Virus record (IMG/VR): IMGVR_UViG_3300032227_000559
Coordinates: 1 to 45,242 of that record
Reading direction: 5' to 3' (one strand)
Length of the DNA: 45,242 nt
DNA from: a virus
Taxonomy: Duplodnaviria > Caudoviricetes
The notes under the pieces are model-generated. The model had not been told where the DNA came from. It worked only from the letters and a program-made list of their open reading frames with translations, and did no database searches. The position numbers and the translations under genes are program-made. Numbering within the stretch: position 1 is the stretch's first letter; every line of letters begins with the position of its first letter. Positions 15,865 to 23,256 of this stretch are shown in pieces.

Positions 15865-16782
15865 TCACGCCGCTGGCGGCTCGTCCTTCCTTGCGTCTAG
15901 GTCGAGCTTGGGCAAGTAGTCCAGCGCCCTCTTCGCCTGCGTGATCCTTGGGTCTAGGTAGTGCTGCCGCGTCATCTCTGGCGAGGCGTGCCCAAGATGC
16001 TCGGTAGCGTCACCGCCGCCAAGTGCCACGTAGCTAGCCGAGGACTTCCGCAGCCTGTGAAAGCCCGTGCCACGCACACCGGCGCGTCGGCACAGCAACC
16101 GCAGGCTGGGCCAGAGCGAGTGGTACGCCCGATCCCAACGCCATACCAGAGCCTCGGGCGGGCCTGCCTGCGTTCGCATCATGTCAGACAGGTCAGGCGT
16201 GATGGCTCGCTGCATGTCGGTGCAGCGACCCTTGCGTGTCTCGGCTCTGAATAGAAGCGTCTGCCCGTCTAGGTCAACGTCCTGCCAGCGGATCTCAAGC
16301 AGCGGGCCGATACGCTCACCGCTGCACCAAGCAGCGTAGATGATCGTGCTCCACCACCAGGCGGCTGGCTTGCCGTCGATGGCCCCGATTCGCTGCTTTG
16401 CCAGCCGAATGAGTCGCGCGACCTCATCAACGGTGTACGCCTGCGGTGCGTGGCGAATCTTCCGCATGCGTGGCAGGGACAGAAACTCAACGTCTGTGCC
16501 GTCTGAACGCTTCAGACGTTTCTTGGCGGCCCAGTTAGCCAAGGCGGTCAGTTGTGACTTGTCCTTTGCCACCGAGGCAGCAGAGGGCTTGCCACGCTTC
16601 CGTGGCGTGGCTGCACGCCATCGGAGGAATCCGGCGACGACCAAGTCGTCGATGTCGTCAATCGTCGGCTCGTGCTTGAGGTACTCGGCAAAGCGGTCAA
16701 GCGTGTGACCGTAGAGCACAACAGTTCTGTCAGTCAGGTTTTGAAGAATCGCGTATCGGTTCAGCACATCTCTCAGCGTCAT
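15865..16782 (-). CDS. int: Tyrosine integrase
   Basis: Catalytic set: SGERIG (R), TRKG (K), FHRLRK (HxxR), LGH, TRQHY (Y); AGAAGGA RBS supports ATG 16782 (305 aa). Confidence 0.93.
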   Translation of the reverse strand: MTLRDVLNRYAILQNLTDRTVVLYGHTLDRFAEYLKHEPTIDDIDDLVVAGFLRWRAATPRKRGKPSAASVAKDKSQLTALANWAAKKRLKRSDGTDVEFLSLPRMRKIRHAPQAYTVDEVARLIRLAKQRIGAIDGKPAAWWWSTIIYAAWCSGERIGPLLEIRWQDVDLDGQTLLFRAETRKGRCTDMQRAITPDLSDMMRTQAGPPEALVWRWDRAYHSLWPSLRLLCRRAGVRGTGFHRLRKSSASYVALGGGDATEHLGHASPEMTRQHYLDPRITQAKRALDYLPKLDLDARKDEPPAA

Positions 16783-16810
16783 TGTGATTGTCCTTCTTGT
16801 GTAGAAGGGC

Positions 16811-16839
16811 ATAGTATACAGCGGTGTACAGGTGTACAA
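16811..16839 (-). promoter_or_regulatory. Putative int promoter overlapped by TGTACA/TATACA repeats
   Basis: Minus strand TTGTAC-N17-TACTAT. Confidence 0.5.
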
Positions 16840-16846
16840 GGGAGGT

Positions 16847-16864
16847 AGTCCCGCCCTCTCCGCT
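16847..16864 (+). mobile_element. Putative attP core: 3' end of a tRNA-Ser-like gene
   Basis: agtcccgccctctccgct matches the T-arm 3' side, acceptor stem and G discriminator of a tRNA that starts GGAGAG; adjacent to int. Confidence 0.65.
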
Positions 16865-16870
16865 AAACAT

Positions 16871-16903
16871 CCGCCCGGTAGCAAGCCTAAAGCTGCCGGG
16901 CGG
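16871..16903 (+). terminator. Hairpin downstream of the attP core (replacement tRNA terminator)
   Basis: ccgcccggtagc-aagcctaaa-gctgccgggcgg. Confidence 0.55.
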
Positions 16904-16956
16904 GCCGGGCAACGAGCCGGATGGGAATCGGTGAGGACTGGAAATCTTGTCGAAGT

Positions 16957-16984
16957 TTGACCAACTATCGGTTGGTGGTAGTAT
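16957..16984 (+). promoter_or_regulatory. Sigma70-like promoter of the HTH gene with operator O1 in its spacer
   Basis: TTGACC-N16-TAGTAT; AACTATCGGTTGGT at 16963-16976. Confidence 0.6.
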
Positions 16985-16991
16985 CTGAGGA

Positions 16992-17270
16992 ATGGTCAGC
17001 ATGTCTCACAACATCGACGGCATCGAGTACCTCACGATTGCTGAGGCCGTCACCTACATGGGCTGCACCGATGGCTGGGTGCGGATTCTGCTGCGAACCA
17101 AGAAACTTCGCGGCAAGCAAATCGGGCAGCGGCTCTGGCTCGTTACCCGAGAGAGTGCGTCTGAAATGCGTGACAACCTCACGACCAGGGCGAAGGGCAA
17201 AAAGCACCTCGCCAAGCGGCCCGCTGCATCTAGGCCAAAGCCCAAGAAGGCAGTTCGGCGCAAGAAGTAG
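16992..17270 (+). CDS. HTH_17 / excisionase-family DNA-binding protein with basic tail
   Basis: YLTIAEAVTYMGCTDGWVRILLR.KKL.GKQIG..WLV; alternative start at 17001. Confidence 0.8.
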   Translation: MVSMSHNIDGIEYLTIAEAVTYMGCTDGWVRILLRTKKLRGKQIGQRLWLVTRESASEMRDNLTTRAKGKKHLAKRPAASRPKPKKAVRRKK

Positions 17271-17317
17271 CGTTTCTCTCGGGAGAAAAGCACCTGCAAA
17301 AATCTTTTCTAATGCAC

Positions 17318-17345
17318 TTGCAGCCTAACTACCGATAGCTATACT
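17318..17345 (+). promoter_or_regulatory. Sigma70-like early promoter with operator O2
   Basis: TTGCAG-N16-TATACT with AT-rich upstream tract; AACTACCGATAGCT at 17327-17340. Confidence 0.65.
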
Positions 17346-17396
17346 GTGGGCACGCGAGCGATTGAGACTCGCGGACGTGAGCGAGGAGAGGGCGCA

Positions 17397-17801
17397 ATGC
17401 AAGCGACGTTGATCAAGAGTTCGGAGACGGTTTTGTCGAAGATGGTCAGCGGCGCGGAACTCTGTCGCGGTTGCCAATCCGGTTGGTATCTATACCGTGG
17501 GACTGTCCGTCTTGGGCGAGTCGCCTCCGCAGCAGCAGTCAAGGTGATTGATTCTGGTCGTGTCGCTCGAGTCGATGATCGTCGCAGCGTTGTCGGTGAG
17601 ACATACGCGATCTTGCCTGCGAGCGAGAAGAACGACGGCGAGTGGGTTGACCGCGCCGGAACAATAATGACCGGAACAGCCGTGTCGATGATCCTTAATC
17701 GAGCTGCTGGCCTGCCGTATGACGCAAAGTCTCTTGCGGCAGCGCATCGTGTCGGCTCGATCTATCAGAACGGCGGGCTTTGGTTTCAGCGGATCGCTTA
17801 G
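17397..17801 (+). CDS. Hypothetical protein
   Basis: GAGGAG RBS before ATG 17397; 134 aa. Confidence 0.65.
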   Translation: MQATLIKSSETVLSKMVSGAELCRGCQSGWYLYRGTVRLGRVASAAAVKVIDSGRVARVDDRRSVVGETYAILPASEKNDGEWVDRAGTIMTGTAVSMILNRAAGLPYDAKSLAAAHRVGSIYQNGGLWFQRIA

Positions 17802-17807
17802 TCACCC

Positions 17808-17833
17808 GCCCGCTGGCAACATCGCCAGCGGGC
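17808..17833 (+). terminator. Stem-loop after the 17397 gene (terminator or processing site)
   Basis: gcccgctggc-aacatc-gccagcgggc; no U-tract. Confidence 0.4.
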
Positions 17834-17866
17834 TCAAGGATTCTTCCGGCCAAGGAGGGCCACGCA

Positions 17867-18010
17867 ATGCGACGCCACATAGACCGACTCATTCAAGCGT
17901 TGGTCTTCATCCGCCTCGGGCAGCAGCTCGGCACTGATTCGGATCTCGCTCAGTCGGTCGCTCATGGCATCGACTTGGTTGTTTCAACGCTCTCCCGGTT
18001 TCTCTCTTGA
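17867..18010 (+). CDS. Small hypothetical protein (47 aa)
   Basis: AAGGAGG RBS before ATG 17867. Confidence 0.55.
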   Translation: MRRHIDRLIQALVFIRLGQQLGTDSDLAQSVAHGIDLVVSTLSRFLS

Positions 18011-18048
18011 CGAACTACCGCTAGTTATTAGCCTACCTACCGCTATCA
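18007..18048 (+). promoter_or_regulatory. Sigma70-like promoter with operators O3 and O4
   Basis: TTGACG-N16-TAGCCT; AACTACCGCTAGTT at 18013-18026 and ACCTACCGCTATCA at 18035-18048. Confidence 0.6.
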
Positions 18049-18107
18049 GAACAACGCAGCCACTACTGCACGCGGTTTCTAGTCCCCGCATTTTGTTTGC
18101 CCGAAGG

Positions 18108-18135
18108 TTGACTTACCTGAACAGCCGTATATCTT
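18108..18135 (+). promoter_or_regulatory. Sigma70-like promoter of the early operon
   Basis: TTGACT-N16-TATCTT about 30 nt upstream of ATG 18165. Confidence 0.55.
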
Positions 18136-18164
18136 TGCCCCAACACACGAAGGAGATGACCCAC

Positions 18165-18404
18165 ATGGCACACGAAAACGAATACCTCGCAGCAGTTGCC
18201 GGAATGCAGGACACCTACGGCACCGGCTGGAGCGACACGACCAACACGACGCCCAACCTCGCAGTCGGCGACTTCATCAGCGGCGTCACCGCTGGCAAGC
18301 AGTGGAGCGGGCACATCGAGTGGTTCTCGGACGACGACGCCAGCGTCGTGGTCAACGTGGATCACGCATGGGTGAGGGTGCCGGTGAAGGACATCAGGTT
18401 TTGA
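18165..18404 (+). CDS. Hypothetical protein with SH3/KOW-like C-terminus
   Basis: AAGGAG RBS; LAVGDFI.G......GHI....VVV pattern; 79 aa. Confidence 0.65.
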   Translation: MAHENEYLAAVAGMQDTYGTGWSDTTNTTPNLAVGDFISGVTAGKQWSGHIEWFSDDDASVVVNVDHAWVRVPVKDIRF

Positions 18405-18516
18405 AACAAGGAGCCCGGTGGAACCGGGATGACCAAGGACGGGACTAGTGCCGCTGAGTCAGGACGACAACGCGGCGTTTTACGGACAGAAACGAAGACA
18501 CGAAAGGAAATCGGAA
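18405..18516 (+). ncRNA. Candidate CsrA/RsmA-binding RNA element (GGA-loop hairpin cluster)
   Basis: Nine GGA in about 110 nt, five in hairpin loops. Confidence 0.45.
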
Positions 18517-19413
18517 ATGACAGTAGCAATCAGAAAGGCTCGCCGCAGTGCCACAAAACTGCGGCTGTTGCTGGAAGGCCCGAGCGGATCTGGCAAGACC
18601 TACGGCGGGCTTACGGTCGCCAAGGGTCTCGGGTGCAAGCGGGTGATCGTCATCGACACCGAGCAGGGATCGTCTGACCTATACGACACGATCCTGCCGT
18701 TCGACGTGATCGACTTGTCGCCGCCATTCACGCCCGAGAAGTACATCGAGGCGATCGATGCTGCCGAGGAGGCTGGTGCCGACTGCATCATCATCGACTC
18801 AATTTCGCACGAGTGGAACGGCAAGGGTGGCTGCCTGGAGCTGGTGGACGAGATCGCTCGTGCCAAGTTCAAAGGCAACACGTGGTCGGCCTACAGCGAG
18901 ATCACGCCTCGGCATCGGGCGTTTATCGACCGGATGCTGCGGTCGTCGGCCCACATCATCGCCACGACTCGCAGCAAGACCGAGACGGCGCAGGTCAACG
19001 AGGGTGGACGCACCAAGGTGGTGAAGCTCGGCATGAAGGCCGAAACGCGCGACGGCGTCGAGTACGAGTTCACGACGTGCTTGAGCCTTGTCCACGACGG
19101 GAACTTCGCCGTCGCGGCAAAGGACAGGACCGGCCTGTTCTCGGGCGATCCGAAGCCCATCACGGTGGAAACGGGAAAGCGCATCGCCGAGTGGCTCTCT
19201 GGCGGCAAGGCGGTCGAGGACCAGGCGGTCATCGACGGCGCGAGGAAGGCGATCAACGACGCCACCAGCGTTGACACGCTCGACAGATTGAACCAGCGGA
19301 TTGCCCAGCGGTTGACAGAGGGGCGGATCTCGCAGCAGACGGCAGAAGAACTGGCGGCGGCGATTGCAGACAAGCGGAACGGACTGAACCTCACCACGGC
19401 CATCACGGCCTGA
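18517..19413 (+). CDS. AAA_24 ATPase, Sak4-like single-strand annealing protein
   Basis: Walker A GPSGSGKT, IDTE, Walker B IIIDSISHEW, EYEF, KDRT; followed by an SSB-like gene. Confidence 0.85.
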   Translation: MTVAIRKARRSATKLRLLLEGPSGSGKTYGGLTVAKGLGCKRVIVIDTEQGSSDLYDTILPFDVIDLSPPFTPEKYIEAIDAAEEAGADCIIIDSISHEWNGKGGCLELVDEIARAKFKGNTWSAYSEITPRHRAFIDRMLRSSAHIIATTRSKTETAQVNEGGRTKVVKLGMKAETRDGVEYEFTTCLSLVHDGNFAVAAKDRTGLFSGDPKPITVETGKRIAEWLSGGKAVEDQAVIDGARKAINDATSVDTLDRLNQRIAQRLTEGRISQQTAEELAAAIADKRNGLNLTTAITA

Positions 19414-19432
19414 CAGAAAGGAATGGATTCTC

Positions 19433-19969
19433 ATGGATTTCATGCTCGACGACGATTTGCCCACGGCAACCCAGACGATGCAGGATCGCGAGATTGTTCC
19501 GGTTGGCATCCACATGATGTCGATCGTGAACGTCGAAGAGGGGCCGAATGAGTACAAGCGGTCGGACGCCAACCCTGACGGGCTCTGCATCAAGCTGCGT
19601 CTCTCGACCGGCACCTACAAGTTCGTGTTCGACGACATCCCGAAGCACCTCGCGTGGCGGGCGAAGCAGCTGGCCGAGGCTGTCGGCATCCTGCCGGTCG
19701 GCGGCAAGCTGTCGCTCACGCCCGATGACTTGGCTGACAAGACCGTCACGGTTGAGGTCAGCCACTACACGTCAAAGGCTGGCAAGGTCTCGGCAGTAGT
19801 GAAGCGGTACGTTCCGGCGACGGCGGCACCGGCTGCTGCGACTCATGCCAAGCGTCAGACGCTGCCGCAGAAGGCTGCTGCGACGTTCAAGGCGGCTGCC
19901 GGTTCTGATGACATTCCGTTCGCCTGGCTGGCAACGCTCGTCGCCAGCGTGATCGGAGGTATGGCATGA
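19433..19969 (+). CDS. DUF669-like single-stranded DNA-binding protein
   Basis: VPVGIH...I.NVEE OB-like start, Ala-rich linker, DDIPF motif; downstream of the Sak4-like gene. Confidence 0.7.
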   Translation: MDFMLDDDLPTATQTMQDREIVPVGIHMMSIVNVEEGPNEYKRSDANPDGLCIKLRLSTGTYKFVFDDIPKHLAWRAKQLAEAVGILPVGGKLSLTPDDLADKTVTVEVSHYTSKAGKVSAVVKRYVPATAAPAAATHAKRQTLPQKAAATFKAAAGSDDIPFAWLATLVASVIGGMA

Positions 19970-20247
19970 CGAATCTGTACAGGGCAAGCGTGAGCGATCA
20001 CCAGTTCCGCCAGGAAGGTCTTGGCTACTTCGTGCAGCACGGTCAGCCGTTGACGGTTGGCGGCGACCCGATGGTTCGGCTGAGTGGCGGCACGCTCGTT
20101 CCTGCTGCTGGATGGCACAGCGAGTTCTCGGATGCCGTGCTTGAGGCGGCGCAGCGGATCGAAGCCCTCGGCCACCGGCTGCTCGCCCAGGCCGACAGGC
20201 TCCGAGTCGAGGCGGCAGCGTCAGCGAAGCCGGAGGTGACGGCATGA
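19966..20247 (+). CDS. Hypothetical protein
   Basis: ATGA-coupled; GGAGGT RBS. Confidence 0.65.
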   Translation: MTNLYRASVSDHQFRQEGLGYFVQHGQPLTVGGDPMVRLSGGTLVPAAGWHSEFSDAVLEAAQRIEALGHRLLAQADRLRVEAAASAKPEVTA

Positions 20248-20471
20248 GCAATCAACTGGCTCACCCCGGTCACGTCTGGTCTGTGCGGAGGTGGCTCACT
20301 CACAACGCCGCGAGGATCGCTGCCGCCGTCGAACCGCCTTCAGAGGTGGACAAGAACTTTACGGGCGACGAGTTCGTGCAATGGGTGACCAACCTGCTTG
20401 ATCAGCACCAGCGGTGTTGCGACCAAGAGTTTGCCCGGCGTCCACCGTTCACTCGGTACACGGGAGATTAG
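20244..20471 (+). CDS. Hypothetical protein
   Basis: ATGA-coupled; GGAGGTG RBS. Confidence 0.65.
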   Translation: MSNQLAHPGHVWSVRRWLTHNAARIAAAVEPPSEVDKNFTGDEFVQWVTNLLDQHQRCCDQEFARRPPFTRYTGD

Positions 20472-20612
20472 CGACCGGCACGCCATTGCCGTAGCTGCTT
20501 GCATCGGAGCAGCGTTGGCCGCCAGTTGAGCACTCAAGAGGCGTCGTATCAGTGCAGTGGAGGCCGGTTCTCCGACAGGTATCTCCACCGTCTGCGGCAC
20601 GAAACGCCGCCA
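20472..20612 (+). ncRNA. Candidate structured RNA (multi-hairpin intergenic region)
   Basis: Four to five consecutive stems folded by eye in a 157-nt gene-free gap. Confidence 0.35.
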
Positions 20613-20628
20613 ATACAAGGAGGTTCGC

Positions 20629-21135
20629 ATGCAAGAAAAACACGCTCTGAGGTACGCCACGCGGGACGAGTTGCTGCGCAGCTTCGGCTTCCGATCCTAC
20701 AAGCAGTACCTCAAGTCGGATGAGTGGTCGAAGATTCGCGGCGAAGTGTTTGCAGAGTACAGCGATTGCATCTGCTGCGAACACAAAGCTCAGGTTGTGC
20801 ATCACGTCCGCTACGACTCGGCAACGCTGCTTGGCGTACATCGACTGCACTTGGCTCCGCTGTGCCACAAGTGCCACGAAGCCATTGAGATCCAGGACGA
20901 CGGCGAAAAGGGCTCAATGGCTCGCGCCAACACGTTGATGTTTGAGATGGCGCGACGGAAAGACGCAAAGCAAACGTGGCTACAGCGGTTTTACAAAGAA
21001 CGAAAGCCGTGGAAAAGCAAGTCTGGCGTTGACGCTGGGGCAAAAAAGTCTGCGTGGCGACGCAAGCAGGAAGAAAAGACAGAGGCTCCGCGTGATTACT
21101 CGGGTGTGTTCTGGATTAAGGCAAGGAGGCGATAA
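20629..21135 (+). CDS. HNH endonuclease
   Basis: YKQYLKS.EW..IR..V, CICC, VHHVRY, L..LCHKCH; AAGGAGG RBS before ATG 20629. Confidence 0.8.
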   Translation: MQEKHALRYATRDELLRSFGFRSYKQYLKSDEWSKIRGEVFAEYSDCICCEHKAQVVHHVRYDSATLLGVHRLHLAPLCHKCHEAIEIQDDGEKGSMARANTLMFEMARRKDAKQTWLQRFYKERKPWKSKSGVDAGAKKSAWRRKQEEKTEAPRDYSGVFWIKARRR

Positions 21136-21137
21136 GC

Positions 21138-21500
21138 ATGACTCGTCCCCACTACATCACGCCACCCGACGTCGAGGCGCTGCCGCTATTCGCAGCTGCA
21201 CGGCGCATGATTGAGCTACCGATCCACGGCGATGTCAGCCAGGACTTGCGTGTCAGGTCAGGATCGCAGCGATGGGAACTGCTCCGGCAGTACGTCGAGC
21301 ACGGCCCGCTCACCAACGAGCAGGCTGGCGACCTGTCGGGGCTGTCTGGCCGGAAATCGTGCTGCTACTGGAAGCGGTGCAGCGAACTGCTCAAGCACGG
21401 CTACATCAAGGACACGGGCAAAGAGGCACGCAGTCAGGTCGGCGAGATGCAGCGGGTTTGCATGGCGACCAGCAAGGGCATTGAAACGATTCAAGGCTAG
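21138..21500 (+). CDS. Winged-helix DNA-binding protein
   Basis: HGPLTNEQ.....WKRCSEL.K.GYI.DTG pattern; AAGGAGG RBS. Confidence 0.65.
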   Translation: MTRPHYITPPDVEALPLFAAARRMIELPIHGDVSQDLRVRSGSQRWELLRQYVEHGPLTNEQAGDLSGLSGRKSCCYWKRCSELLKHGYIKDTGKEARSQVGEMQRVCMATSKGIETIQG

Positions 21501-21537
21501 AGCGAGACGTCGAGACTGACTGGAAAGGACTCCACAA

Positions 21538-22329
21538 ATGGCTAAGTCACCCGGATTCTGGTTCTTCACTGGCGACTGGATGAAAGACCCAGAGCTAAGA
21601 TTTTGCTCGCTTTTTGCTCGGGGTTTGCTTGTCGATTTGCTTTGCATCTTGTTTGAAGCAAACGAGCAGGGATACGCCAGCAACCCAGACGGGACGCCTC
21701 GGACAAACGAGCAGATTGCCGACGCAATTTCTGGCGGCTCGCGGGAACAAAAGCTGTCAGCCTTGGCAGAACTTGAGCAAAGTGGCGTTCTTTCCCGCGA
21801 TTCTCGCGGTGTTTTGTACAGCCGACGCATTTCTAGGCTGGCTGAACTCAGCGCAGCCCGCAAGCAAAGTGGAAGCAAAGGTGGTAGCAAAACTCAAGCA
21901 AAACCCAAGCAAACCACCAAGCAAAGTGACAAGCAAAACAGGGGGGTTTCTGTTTCTGTTTCTGATTCTGTTTCGGATTCGTTCTTAGAAGAAACATACA
22001 CACTACACAGCGCGGGCGACGGCTTTCGCCAGCCGGGATGGGCAGCCGACGAGTGGGATCGCTTTGTGAGCGTCTGGAACGCCACAGAACGGGCGACGCC
22101 GTGGACCCACCTAATGGCACCCTCTTCGTGGGTAGACCACGCAGCGGCCCCGGGGTGGCTCCAGAAGGCCCATCAGGCGGTAGCTCGACTGCCGTCCTGC
22201 CACTGGTTCAGAGACCCGCTCGCCGTCACCAGATTCTTTGAGTACGTGGATCGGATTCTTGCTGGCGAGTTTGACCAGCAGAAGCAGGAGCGTGGACGAG
22301 TGCGGCAACCAGCAGGAGGGAACCTGTGA
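21538..22329 (+). CDS. Replication initiator (YdaU/DUF1376-like N-terminus) with internal iterons
   Basis: FWFFTGDWMKD..L..CSL.ARG...DLLC; central KQ-repeat linker encoded by tandem DNA repeats. Confidence 0.75.
   Translation: MAKSPGFWFFTGDWMKDPELRFCSLFARGLLVDLLCILFEANEQGYASNPDGTPRTNEQIADAISGGSREQKLSALAELEQSGVLSRDSRGVLYSRRISRLAELSAARKQSGSKGGSKTQAKPKQTTKQSDKQNRGVSVSVSDSVSDSFLEETYTLHSAGDGFRQPGWAADEWDRFVSVWNATERATPWTHLMAPSSWVDHAAAPGWLQKAHQAVARLPSCHWFRDPLAVTRFFEYVDRILAGEFDQQKQERGRVRQPAGGNL
21861..21981. repeat. Putative replication origin: 7 AGCAAA iterons plus a (TTTCTG)n T-rich tract
   Basis: Copies at 21861, 21872, 21884, 21895, 21906, 21918 and 21930 (11-12 bp period), then gtttctgtttctgtttctgattctgtttc. 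Confidence 0.7.
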
Positions 22330-22835
22330 GAACTTGGGAGCAGAACAAAACGACGATCAACCAACTTTGGCCGACGTGCTCGTTCACGGACGAGGAGAAG
22401 CGTCTGTGGTGCGACGACCTTGGCTCGCTTGACCAAGACGTGCTGTACGACGCCATCCGCAACGTGAAGCGAAGCCGCGACACGCAGTGGCCGCAGCTGA
22501 AATGGATGCTCGATGCGTACCGTGAGCTTTCGCACGCCAAGCGGCAGGCGAAGACGCACGCCAAGCCGCCAGAGCCTCGCGTTGGAGTCAACGTCAACGA
22601 GGACGAGAACAGCCGCCTGGCTGACGACTTCATTGCGTACATCGACTCGGCGGCACCGGCTGACTACCAAGACATCCACGACCGTGTGCTTGACAAGCTT
22701 TTGAAGATGCACAGCCGCACAGCGTTGCGGGTCATCGCTTACGCCAAGAAGCGACTGCTCGGCGAAGGACCGAAGTTCGGAAGAGTGGACGACAACGGTG
22801 ATGTGACGCCATTCGGATTTGGAGGTGCATCATGA
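22326..22835 (+). CDS. Putative helicase loader/inhibitor (G39P-like N-terminus)
   Basis: GTGA-coupled to the initiator; LWP...W..DL..LD...L..AI......WP pattern. Confidence 0.55.
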   Translation: MRTWEQNKTTINQLWPTCSFTDEEKRLWCDDLGSLDQDVLYDAIRNVKRSRDTQWPQLKWMLDAYRELSHAKRQAKTHAKPPEPRVGVNVNEDENSRLADDFIAYIDSAAPADYQDIHDRVLDKLLKMHSRTALRVIAYAKKRLLGEGPKFGRVDDNGDVTPFGFGGAS

Positions 22836-23068
22836 CAACAGCAACAGAACGCCAGCCGCTAACGCCACGCCAGCACGAAGTGCTCGGCTGGGTAACCGGC
22901 TACATCAACGTCCACGGCTACAGCCCAACGATTCGCCAGATCGGCCAGGCGTTCAAGTGGACGACTAACGGCGTCATGTGCCACTTGCGGCCCATGAGGC
23001 GTAAAGGCTGGATTACGTGGCAGGACGGCGAGGCTCGCACCATTCGGGTGATTGGCGGTGACGCATGA
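22832..23068 (+). CDS. LexA-type DNA-binding domain protein lacking the peptidase domain
   Basis: LTPRQ.EVL.....I..HGYSPT.RQI......GV..HL....RKGWI.......RTIRV; stops at 78 aa. Confidence 0.85.
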   Translation: MTTATERQPLTPRQHEVLGWVTGYINVHGYSPTIRQIGQAFKWTTNGVMCHLRPMRRKGWITWQDGEARTIRVIGGDA

Positions 23069-23256
23069 GCCAGCAGTGGCACTACCTCCCGTCACCGCTC
23101 GATGTCGTCCAGTCGTTGATGGACCGTGCGTGGGACGACGACATCAGCGACGACGACCGGATTCTCATGGAGACGGCTGCACGGCCTTTAGAGGCGACGC
23201 TAGAGCGTTGCGTGAGGCTCGCCAGCGTGATTGAGAGGACTGAGGTGGGGCTGTGA
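23065..23256 (+). CDS. Hypothetical protein
   Basis: ATGA-coupled; 63 aa. Confidence 0.6.
   Translation: MSQQWHYLPSPLDVVQSLMDRAWDDDISDDDRILMETAARPLEATLERCVRLASVIERTEVGL

Noticed and set aside
12875-16782. Integron or shufflon interpretation of int plus the gene array
   Set aside because: Most array genes overlap by 4-8 nt, leaving no room for attC hairpins; the repeats are direct and coding rather than inverted sfx-like sites; int has a separate tRNA-type attP candidate
16840-16870. Complete tRNA gene
   Set aside because: Only the 3' ~18 nt are tRNA-like; no D-arm, anticodon arm or TTC loop upstream
16783-16884. 339-aa integrase start given in the ORF track
   Set aside because: The extension crosses the promoter and attP; the RBS supports ATG 16782
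20472-21135. IscB/HEARO-type RNA-guided nuclease or hammerhead ribozyme
   Set aside because: The 168-aa HNH has no PLMP or RuvC motifs; no CUGANGA core to pair with the GAAA
21861-21940. CRISPR array
   Set aside because: Repeats are 6-8 bp with an 11-12 bp period inside a coding region; no spacers or cas genes
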